DNA of 64,000 bases from IMG/VR virus record IMGVR_UViG_3300025168_000056, positions 1 to 64,000 of that record, one strand, 5' to 3'. Numbering within the stretch: position 1 is the first letter of the stretch; the number at the start of each line of letters is the position of its first letter. Shown piece after piece: positions 9,987-18,204 of the stretch. The notes beneath the pieces were generated by a model. The model saw only the letters and a list, made by a program, of their open reading frames with translations, searched no databases and was not told the origin of the DNA. This stretch comes from a virus. The position numbers were made by a program, and so were the translations under genes.

Positions 9987-10154
9987 ATGGCTAAATCAGG
10001 CAAATTAAGACTTCTTATTGCTCAAAGACAAGCTGCAGCTAAGCCCACTCCAAAGGCAAAACCAGCCGCCCCTAAAAAGGCAGTTGCTTCGCCCCCGAAG
10101 AAGGCACCAGCAAAAAAGGTTGTCAAAAAAGTAGAGAAAAAAGAAGAGAAATAG
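9987..10154 (+). CDS. Small Lys/Ala/Pro-rich basic protein (55 aa, absent from ORF track)
   Basis: RBS AGGAGG. Translates MAKSGKLRLLIAQRQAAAKPTPKAKPAAPKKAVASPPKKAPAKKVVKKVEKKEEK and is followed by a terminator. Confidence 0.75.
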   Translation: MAKSGKLRLLIAQRQAAAKPTPKAKPAAPKKAVASPPKKAPAKKVVKKVEKKEEK

Positions 10155-10174
10155 TAATCTAATACTATAATTGT

Positions 10175-10204
10175 AAACCCCCTCGCTTTTGCGGGGGGGT
10201 TTTG
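10175..10204 (+). terminator. Intrinsic terminator
   Basis: AAACCCCCTCGC-tttt-GCGGGGGGGTTT stem followed by a T-rich tail. Confidence 0.8.
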
Positions 10205-10243
10205 TTTGTGAGATCACTATTTAGAGAGTAGGAGAACATATGT

Positions 10244-11518
10244 ATGCCGACCAACCTCTCGCCAAAATCAACAACAAGCGCAATTATCTTAACTTCAACG
10301 GGCTCAACAGATGACGTCACCAGTGCTCTGCCTATCGGAGCATACACCGCGTCAGCCCAGTTTATTAGCGGCGCCTCTGCACAGGTAGCTTATGTATATA
10401 AGAAGCTTGGTGGCGATGTTGTCGACATTGAGCTAACACCTTCCAACGTTTATGCTGCATATGAAGAGGCAGTATTAGAATATTCGTATTTAATTAACTT
10501 TCACCAAGCCAAAAACGTTCTCTCTAATGTCCTCGGAGAAGCTACGGGGACTTTTGATCATAGAGGAGAAAGATTAACCGGCGCCGAAGATGCAAGTCTT
10601 AAGTATCCAAGATATACATTGGGTTATTCAAGGCGTGTTGGTGATGCTGCAGCCGGCGCCGGCGGATTTGGTGGCACTACGCCGCAATATTCCGCGTCGT
10701 TTAAGCCATCGAAGAACAAGCAAGACTATGATTTACAGAAAATCATAGAAGATGCCTCTGCTTCCGGTGTTGATGATAAGGGCGGCGCTGTTGATTACAA
10801 CGGTAAAGTTGACGGAAAGAGAGTTATCATAACAAAAGTTTTTTATAAGTCTCCGCGGGCAATGTGGAGGTTCTATGGCTATTATGGCGGAGTAGGGGTT
10901 GTTGGAAATTACTCAACCTATGGACAGTTTGCAGATGACTCAACATTTGAGGTTATCCCCACTTGGCAGAATAAAATGCAGGCTATTATGTATGAAGACT
11001 CGATTTATACTAGAACATCTCACTATTCATACGAGATCATCAATAACAAGTTGCGCATGTACCCACCTCCAAGCTACTGGGGACTCAATGGCGCCGACGA
11101 TCGCGTGTGGGTTCGGTTTTATGTCGATCTTGGTGCCTTTGATGACGATGGAGACACAAAATCGGCCATCAACGGTATTAATAACGTTAATACGCTCCCT
11201 TTCAACAACCTTCCATACAAGAACATTAACTCTATGGGTAAGCAATGGATTAGAAAGTACGCACTTGCTCTTTGTAAAGAGATGTTAGGGCAAATTAGGG
11301 GCAAGTTTACCACTATGCCTATTCCGGGTGAGAGTGTTACACTAAATCACGCAGAACTTCTTTCACAAGCGAAGGATGAGCAACAACAGTTAAGAGATAA
11401 GTTGGTCGAAATGATCAAAGAGATGGAATACCCAGCACTTGCCAAGCAGGATCAGGAAGTCAGTGATGCCGCAGCAAATGTGCTTAAAATTACTCCATTG
11501 CCAATTTTTGTGGGGTAG
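10244..11518 (+). CDS. Neck/head-tail adaptor (gp13-like)
   Basis: LGG.VVDIEL and WIRKYALALCKEMLGQIRGKF...PG..V.LN motifs, in the expected position. Confidence 0.75.
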   Translation: MPTNLSPKSTTSAIILTSTGSTDDVTSALPIGAYTASAQFISGASAQVAYVYKKLGGDVVDIELTPSNVYAAYEEAVLEYSYLINFHQAKNVLSNVLGEATGTFDHRGERLTGAEDASLKYPRYTLGYSRRVGDAAAGAGGFGGTTPQYSASFKPSKNKQDYDLQKIIEDASASGVDDKGGAVDYNGKVDGKRVIITKVFYKSPRAMWRFYGYYGGVGVVGNYSTYGQFADDSTFEVIPTWQNKMQAIMYEDSIYTRTSHYSYEIINNKLRMYPPPSYWGLNGADDRVWVRFYVDLGAFDDDGDTKSAINGINNVNTLPFNNLPYKNINSMGKQWIRKYALALCKEMLGQIRGKFTTMPIPGESVTLNHAELLSQAKDEQQQLRDKLVEMIKEMEYPALAKQDQEVSDAAANVLKITPLPIFVG

Positions 11519-11525
11519 TCTATAG

Positions 11526-12014
11526 ATGTCGAATGAATGGAAAAAGCCTAAAGCACCTCCACCGCCGTTATTTTTAGGTCAGAAAGAACGGGATCTAGTA
11601 AAACAGGTCAATGATGAGCTTGTAGAGAAGGTAATCGGTCAGCAGATACTGTATTACCCCATTGATATGGACAGGACAGACTTTCATGATCTATATGGAG
11701 AGGCAATTGAAAAAACATTCCTGCCCCCAATCCGTGTATACGCATTAGTCGAATACACGGACTTCTCTACCGACTATATGGACGGCGCCGGGATTGACAA
11801 GACGTGGGAAATTAACGTACACTTTCATAACAGGCGTTTAGAAGATGACCAGAACCTTTATGTTCGAGAAGGTGACTTTGTTTTGTACGGAGAATATTAT
11901 TACGAGATAGTTAAAGTATCCGAAGAAAGAAAACTCTTTGGACAAGTAGATTACGACTTTGAATTATCTGCAAGATGCCGCAGGGCAAGAAAGGGACTTT
12001 TTGATGCTACCTGA
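11526..12014 (+). CDS. Head closure/neck protein (gp14-like)
   Basis: G..ILYYP...DLYGE...F and REGDFV...YEI..V motifs; follows the gp13-like gene. Confidence 0.65.
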   Translation: MSNEWKKPKAPPPPLFLGQKERDLVKQVNDELVEKVIGQQILYYPIDMDRTDFHDLYGEAIEKTFLPPIRVYALVEYTDFSTDYMDGAGIDKTWEINVHFHNRRLEDDQNLYVREGDFVLYGEYYYEIVKVSEERKLFGQVDYDFELSARCRRARKGLFDAT

Positions 12015-12882
12015 TAACTTTGATTTCGCTATGATCCCAGAAGATAGCAAGGGACGCCTTACTTTAAAAGAGGTAGGCATGCTTGCATCTACAATTGAGG
12101 ATATAGATTATGCTATGGTCTCTTGGTTAAAGGAAGACCTAAACTTGTCTGCTCAAACTAATGAAGGGTATGTAAATGTTCCTGTTTTGTGGCAATCCCC
12201 CGAAAGAGCATTCCAAGTAAAGAACGCTAAAGACTTGCGCGACGATGCCGGAGCATTAAAGCTGCCGTTAATCAGTATCGAAAGAACCAACATCACAAAG
12301 GATCCAGCCAAGAAAGGATCGTTCCAAGCACACCTGTATTCATCAGAAAAGAATGGACAACCCGGCAGAATAGTGATTGCAAAAAGAATTGTTGCAGATA
12401 AGACCAGAAACTTCGCCGCGGCTTCAGGAACACGAACCAACAGTGGAGGTACTAAACAAAGATATTTTCCTCGAAAGAATCATAAGATAGTCGTTCAGAC
12501 AGTGTCGATTCCTATTCCCGTATACGTAGAATTAGAATACAAGATCACGATTAAGACTGAATACCAACAACAAATCAACCAATTGACGACTCCTTTCATT
12601 ACACGCACCGGACAGATAAACGCATTTACTATGACAAGGAATGGGCATTCTTATGAGGGATTCGTACAGCAAGGCTTTTCTCAAACGAACAACGCAGCTT
12701 CATTAGGTGAAGATTCCAGGCTTTACAGCACTGAAATCAGTATTAACGTTTTAGGATATCTGATAGGGGATGGCGATAATCCAGATACGCCAATTGCGAC
12801 TATAGAAGAAAATCTTGTGGAATATCAGTTCCCCAGTGAGTCTGTAGTACCACCCGGAAATTTCAATTTGTGGGAAGATTAA
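12004..12882 (+). CDS. Tail terminator/sheath stabiliser (gp15-like)
   Basis: VPV...PE...LP.ISI and P.YV.L.Y.I.I pattern; lies between neck and sheath. Confidence 0.55.
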   Translation: MLPDNFDFAMIPEDSKGRLTLKEVGMLASTIEDIDYAMVSWLKEDLNLSAQTNEGYVNVPVLWQSPERAFQVKNAKDLRDDAGALKLPLISIERTNITKDPAKKGSFQAHLYSSEKNGQPGRIVIAKRIVADKTRNFAAASGTRTNSGGTKQRYFPRKNHKIVVQTVSIPIPVYVELEYKITIKTEYQQQINQLTTPFITRTGQINAFTMTRNGHSYEGFVQQGFSQTNNAASLGEDSRLYSTEISINVLGYLIGDGDNPDTPIATIEENLVEYQFPSESVVPPGNFNLWED

Positions 12883-13002
12883 ACACTTCAGGAACTGAAA
12901 AGCGTTTTTATTAAAAGTAGTGTATCCTTTCGACAAGCAAAATACTATTTAATTTATGATTGAGACATCAATTCAAAGATTATTCTAAAGAGGGGCAATA
13001 AT

Positions 13003-16000
13003 ATGTCAGTTAAAAGTTTTAAGTTTGTATCTCCCGGAGTGTTTATCAACGAGATTGATAATTCATTCATTCCTAAGTCAGCAAATGCAATAGGGCCAGT
13101 CGTCGTTGGGCGTTCTACCCGTGGTCTATCGATGACTCCCGTAAAGGTTGAGTCGTATTCAGAATTCGTAGAAATGTTTGGTTCTACTGTTCCAGGTAAT
13201 GGCGGTGGAGACATCTACAGAGATGGAAACTATCAGTCTCCAATGTACGGAACTTACGCAGCAAAAGCGTTCCTGAACGCAAATGTCGCACCCCTCACGT
13301 TTGTGCGTTTGCTCGGTGAGCAGCACAGTAGCTATACTGTTGGCTCCGGCGAGAACGGTTGGAAGACAACTAAGAACCTAGCAACAACCCTTAAAGAAAA
13401 CGGCGGAGCTTACGGTCTTTGGATTTTCCCGTCTTCTAGTGCACTTAGAACTGTTGGCTCGTTAGGGACTGCAAGCTTGGCGGCTGTTTTGTATGCAAAC
13501 TCTTCAAGTGCCTTCAGGCTCTCCGGAGCCCTCGGAGGTGACCCAAGCACAGCATACACAAATACTACAGCTGCTCTTGGTGCGGTTATCAAATCAGATA
13601 GCAACAACTTGTTTACTGTTGAGATCTCTAGCATAACAGGATCCTCTACTGTTGTTGAGAAGATTAAGTTTGGATTTGATGATACACAAGACAATTTCAT
13701 TAGAAAGGTGTTCAACACCAACCCACAGCTTTCAACTACACCCGGGTCATTCTACCCCGCGAATTCTTATAAGCCATATTGGTTGGGTGAGACGTTTGAG
13801 CAGGAACTTCGTGATGGAATCAGCGTCCACGCTGAAGGTAGCGTTGCTCTTAGCACAGTCGCCACTTCATCGATCGTCGGCGCGGCAGCAGAACACAAAA
13901 CAGGCTCAATTTTAACTATTATTGATCACGCTGGTCTTTCAAAAACTTACACTTTCGTGTCAGGCTCCCCCGGCGCTGCCCGTTCTGTTGGAACGGTCAC
14001 CGCTCCAGCAACAACTGCAACTGGACCAAAACTAAGTTCAACCGGCTCGGCTAATGCCCTTGCACAAGCTTTAAAAACTGCTGTTGAGGGCTCGACTGGT
14101 CACAATGGAACAATTAAAGCCATAGTAGAAGCTGGAACTTTGCGCTTGATGCAAAACAAAGGCACATCCGCCGGAAACACCACTATAACTGAAGGTGGAT
14201 CTAGCTTGGGTGTACACGATTCAGTTGGTACAGTGGTTAGCTTTACCGGTGGAACAGGAGTCCCGCTTGTCGGTGGTGGCACCAATGTAATTGGTGCAGC
14301 ATCTTATGGTGTTCTACTTCCAATTGCAAATACAGCGGCCACTGGTCCACACAACATGGAAGGTGTCTCGCCGCGCCCAGAGGCGAAAGCCGGCTGGTTT
14401 ATCGGACAGCATGAAGGCGCACCCGGAGACTACTACCCTCCAGCGTCACAGAAGCTCTTCAGATTGAAAGGTCGAGGACACGGCGAGTGGCTTCAGAGAA
14501 ACGTTAAAGTTTCTATTGAAAAGATCCGTCAGTCTAATACAAAGACGAATCCTTATGGAACGTTCTCAGTTGTCCTTCGCTCTCTGAAAGACACTGATTC
14601 TAAAGTTCAGGTGCTTGAGCGATTTGATAACCTTAATTTAAACCCATCCTCACCGGATTACATTGCTCGCAAAATCGGTGACAAATATGCTGAGTGGGAT
14701 TCAACTACTAGACGCCTTAAAACATATGGAGAATATGACAACTTGTCTAAGTTTGTCTATGTCGAGATGAACGATGCGGTTGACGGCGGAGCAAGCGGAC
14801 TTGAAGCGCTGCTTCCATTCGGTTACTTCGGACCCCCTAAGTTTAAGGACACTACGTGGACCGGTCTTCCGGCTACCAATACGTTTATTACAGGCGCAAG
14901 CGGAAAGATTAATGGTGTATATGGATTGGGCACAAAAAACCTGACTGGCTCTGGTGTTATTCCAGGCGACCTAGATGATTATACCTTCATTCAGGGTCAT
15001 TTCAAATTCCCGGTAAACAGACTGCGTCTCTCCGCATCTGATGGCGGTCTAGCAGATCAAACAAATGCGTACTTTGGATTCTCGACCACAAGAACAAGTG
15101 ATTCAACAATTCCTGACGCTAGCGTTGCTGGCTTCCATAGAATGTTGTACGCAGCCGCTTCTGACAATCCAGTTGGAGGGGCTACCGGTCTTGACGGGTT
15201 CTCTTACGTCTTCTCGCTTGACGACGTTCGACTCTCTAGCACCAGCACAATGTACTACAACTCTGGCTCACGCAAGTCTGGACTCAGTGTAACAAGTGCG
15301 TCATACACTGACCTTCTTATCAAGGGATATGATAGATTCACTGCACCATTCTGGGGCGGATTCGATGGATTTGATATTACAAAACCAGATCCAGTTTATA
15401 ACGCAGGTATGACTGCTGGAACTAGTACAGAACTTAACAGTTACATCTACAATACTTGGAAGCGCGCAATCGATACGGTTGCAGATCCTGAAGCAATAGA
15501 CATGAATATGTTGACTGCTCCGGGCTTGACTTTCGATGGTCTGACCGGTCATATGATTAATGTTTGTGAGGAAAGAGCAGATGCACTAGCACTAATCGAC
15601 CTTAAGAACGTCTACACACCAGCACACGAGTCTTACCAAAGCAGTAAGAAGGACCGAGTTGGTTCCGGCGCCCAAAGCGCAGCTAACAACTTGAAAGACA
15701 GACAACTTGATTCATCTTACGGTGCTACATTCTACCCATGGGTGCAGACAAGAGATGAACAAACTGGTCGCATGCTTTGGATTCCACCATCTGTTGCGAT
15801 GGCAGGTGTCCTTGGTAGCTCTCAGGCTAAGTCTGATGTGTGGTTCGCTCCTGCGGGATTCAACCGCGGCGGACTTTCCGATGGCGCGGCTGGCATCCCA
15901 GTTACTGGAATCACCGAGAGATTAACGTCTAAGGATCGCGATACTCTCTATGAAGCTAGAATCAACCCAATCGCCTCGTTCCCATCAAGTGGTATCGTGG

Positions 16001-16359
16001 TGTTCGGACAGAAGACCCTCCAAGAGAGAGCCTCGGCCCTCGACAGAATCAATGTCAGACGACTTGTCATCTACTTGAAGAAGCAGATTTCGGTCCTGTC
16101 AACTCAAGTTCTCTTCGAACAGAATGTTCAAGCGACTTGGAACCGATTCAAGGCACTTATCGAACCATTCCTCGCGAATGTTAAGGTTCAGTTTGGTATC
16201 ACTGATTACAAGCTGATTCTCGATGAGAGCACAACAACTCCAGACCTAATCGATCAAAACATCATGTATGCTAAGATCATGATTAAGCCTGCCCGTGCTA
16301 TTGAGTACATTGCCATCGACTTTGTGATTGCATCAACTGGTGCATCGTTCGATGACTAA
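13003..16359 (+). CDS. Contractile tail sheath protein
   Basis: FVSPGVFINEID N-terminus; WFAPAGFNRG, INPI..F, GQKTLQ...ALDRINVRRL and PARAIEYI motifs. Confidence 0.95.
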   Translation: MSVKSFKFVSPGVFINEIDNSFIPKSANAIGPVVVGRSTRGLSMTPVKVESYSEFVEMFGSTVPGNGGGDIYRDGNYQSPMYGTYAAKAFLNANVAPLTFVRLLGEQHSSYTVGSGENGWKTTKNLATTLKENGGAYGLWIFPSSSALRTVGSLGTASLAAVLYANSSSAFRLSGALGGDPSTAYTNTTAALGAVIKSDSNNLFTVEISSITGSSTVVEKIKFGFDDTQDNFIRKVFNTNPQLSTTPGSFYPANSYKPYWLGETFEQELRDGISVHAEGSVALSTVATSSIVGAAAEHKTGSILTIIDHAGLSKTYTFVSGSPGAARSVGTVTAPATTATGPKLSSTGSANALAQALKTAVEGSTGHNGTIKAIVEAGTLRLMQNKGTSAGNTTITEGGSSLGVHDSVGTVVSFTGGTGVPLVGGGTNVIGAASYGVLLPIANTAATGPHNMEGVSPRPEAKAGWFIGQHEGAPGDYYPPASQKLFRLKGRGHGEWLQRNVKVSIEKIRQSNTKTNPYGTFSVVLRSLKDTDSKVQVLERFDNLNLNPSSPDYIARKIGDKYAEWDSTTRRLKTYGEYDNLSKFVYVEMNDAVDGGASGLEALLPFGYFGPPKFKDTTWTGLPATNTFITGASGKINGVYGLGTKNLTGSGVIPGDLDDYTFIQGHFKFPVNRLRLSASDGGLADQTNAYFGFSTTRTSDSTIPDASVAGFHRMLYAAASDNPVGGATGLDGFSYVFSLDDVRLSSTSTMYYNSGSRKSGLSVTSASYTDLLIKGYDRFTAPFWGGFDGFDITKPDPVYNAGMTAGTSTELNSYIYNTWKRAIDTVADPEAIDMNMLTAPGLTFDGLTGHMINVCEERADALALIDLKNVYTPAHESYQSSKKDRVGSGAQSAANNLKDRQLDSSYGATFYPWVQTRDEQTGRMLWIPPSVAMAGVLGSSQAKSDVWFAPAGFNRGGLSDGAAGIPVTGITERLTSKDRDTLYEARINPIASFPSSGIVVFGQKTLQERASALDRINVRRLVIYLKKQISVLSTQVLFEQNVQATWNRFKALIEPFLANVKVQFGITDYKLILDESTTTPDLIDQNIMYAKIMIKPARAIEYIAIDFVIASTGASFDD

Positions 16360-16366
16360 AACTAAA

Positions 16367-16386
16367 GTGGGGGAAAACTCCCCCAC
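16367..16386 (+). terminator. GC-rich hairpin after sheath gene
   Basis: GTGGGGGA-aaac-TCCCCCAC with no strong U tract. Confidence 0.5.
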
Positions 16387-16426
16387 AACACTAATTAAAA
16401 TAGAATATCAACAGGAGTAATTAGCT

Positions 16427-17014
16427 ATGCCATTCTGGTCAACAAACTTCGGTGAGGACAAGAACCTCAACGATCCAAAGAGAAAATTTAGATTTACAGT
16501 AGAGTTTCAAGGTGTTGCCGCGTCCATTGGTGGCGCTGTGATGTGGTATGCTAAGACAGTCAGCAAACCGTCATTCGCAATTGCCGCCGCAGAGCACAAA
16601 TACCTAAATCACACATTCTATTACCCCGGTTCTGTTACTTGGAATGATGTTGCTATCACACTCGTTGATCCTGTTGATCCAGATATGACTGCAACTCTTT
16701 CTGACATTGTGGTACAATCAGGATATGCTCCCCCCGCTGATACTAACGCTCTCTCATCGATGTCTAAGGCTAAGGCTGCAGGCGCCCTCGGAACAGTCAT
16801 CATTACTCAGATTGATTCTAATGGAAAGCCCCTTGAGACTTGGACTCTTTGGAACTCGTTTATGACTGAAGTTAAGTACGGTGACCTTGAATACGGTGGC
16901 GATGATCTTACAGAATTATCTGTCACTCTTAAGTATGACTGGGCAAGAGTCGAGACTGCTGGACCTTCGGTTGCAGTGGCCGGTTCTGGTGGCAGCGAAT
17001 TCTTCAAAGTTTAA
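16427..17014 (+). CDS. Tail tube protein (gp19-like)
   Basis: PKRKFRF, YPG.VTW..V.ITL.D, W.L...F...V.YG.L.Y and LKYDWA motifs; follows the sheath. Confidence 0.85.
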   Translation: MPFWSTNFGEDKNLNDPKRKFRFTVEFQGVAASIGGAVMWYAKTVSKPSFAIAAAEHKYLNHTFYYPGSVTWNDVAITLVDPVDPDMTATLSDIVVQSGYAPPADTNALSSMSKAKAAGALGTVIITQIDSNGKPLETWTLWNSFMTEVKYGDLEYGGDDLTELSVTLKYDWARVETAGPSVAVAGSGGSEFFKV

Positions 17015-17040
17015 TAACGACAACCAAATAGAGGTGTATA

Positions 17041-17907
17041 TTGTCAAGAAATAAAGATCGGATGGGGCTGGGTGATACTACTCCTGAACCAGCACCGCTC
17101 CCTCCGCAAGCAATGACGCAAAATCAGGGCGATAATCCGTTCTCTTTTGTAGTCCCTACAGAGTTCGTAGAACTTCCGTCCAAGGGCGCGTTCTATGGAC
17201 CGAACCATCCTTTGCACGATCAGGAAACAATTGAAGTCAAGCAGATGACCGCTAAAGAGGAAGATATCCTTACTTCGAGGGCTCTCTTGAAAAAGGGAAT
17301 TGCCTTGGAGAGAGTAATCTCTAGCATCATTGTTGACAAGAATGTAGACCCAAACACTTTGTTGGTTGGAGATAGAAATGCTATTCTAATATCAGCACGC
17401 GTTTCGGGATATGGAAATGAGTACAACACAAAGATTGCTTGTCCGTCATGTTCGGAAACGCAAGAATATTCGTTCGATCTAAACGACACTTTTGTTTATA
17501 GCGGACAAGACTTAAAGAGTACTGACGCAACACGCAACGAAGATGGTACATTTACAACCATGTTACCTAAATCTAAAGTAGAAGTTGGCTTCCGTCTCTT
17601 AAACGGCGCCGACGAGCGCGCTTTACTGCAGCAGGTCGAGAACGCTAGAAAGAAACGGAGAGATGAGAACGCAGTCACAAGACAGCTTAAACAAATTGTA
17701 ACTTCGGTTAACGGTAATACCGAACAGCCTAATATAAATTATGTTGTCGACAATATGCCGTCCATGGATGCTAGACATCTTAGAATGGTCTATAAAATAG
17801 CAACCCCAAATGTCGATATGACTCAAACATTCGCGTGTGCAGAGTGTGATTATGAGCAGGACATGGAGGTGCCGCTGACTGCGGACTTTTTTTGGCCTGA
17901 CCGATGA
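17041..17907 (+). CDS. Tail assembly chaperone/baseplate hub assembly protein
   Basis: VELPSKG, MTAKEEDIL, two CxxC pairs, ends DFFWP; lies between tube and tape measure. TTG start with RBS GAGG. Confidence 0.7.
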   Translation: MSRNKDRMGLGDTTPEPAPLPPQAMTQNQGDNPFSFVVPTEFVELPSKGAFYGPNHPLHDQETIEVKQMTAKEEDILTSRALLKKGIALERVISSIIVDKNVDPNTLLVGDRNAILISARVSGYGNEYNTKIACPSCSETQEYSFDLNDTFVYSGQDLKSTDATRNEDGTFTTMLPKSKVEVGFRLLNGADERALLQQVENARKKRRDENAVTRQLKQIVTSVNGNTEQPNINYVVDNMPSMDARHLRMVYKIATPNVDMTQTFACAECDYEQDMEVPLTADFFWPDR

Positions 17908-17911
17908 GTAT

Positions 17912-18145
17912 ATGCAAAACATATATGAGCAGTTTTTCTTTCTAAAATATAACGGAGGCTGGTCGTTCACGGAAGCGTACAACCTCCCAATCGGACTACG
18001 AGAGTGGTTCGTTAAAAGATTAATTCAGCAATTAGAAACAGAAAAAGAAATAATGGAGAGGGCGAATAAGGGCGGAGGCTCAAATTCGCAAACGTTATCA
18101 AAGCATAACCAACCACCTCCTCCAAGTAGTTTAAAGACAGGCTAA
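17912..18145 (+). CDS. Tail chaperone C-terminal extension (possible frameshift product)
   Basis: GWS..E...LP...R.WF motif. Its frame stays open back through the T7 run at the end of the upstream gene. Confidence 0.6.
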   Translation: MQNIYEQFFFLKYNGGWSFTEAYNLPIGLREWFVKRLIQQLETEKEIMERANKGGGSNSQTLSKHNQPPPPSSLKTG

Positions 18146-18158
18146 CCCCTGTCTTTTT
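18133..18158 (+). terminator. Intrinsic terminator
   Basis: AAAGACAGG-ctaacc-CCTGTCTTT followed by TT. Confidence 0.7.
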
Positions 18159-18204
18159 GCTTTTATAACTAATTATTTAAGCAGAGTTATAAGAGGGAAC
18201 ACAA

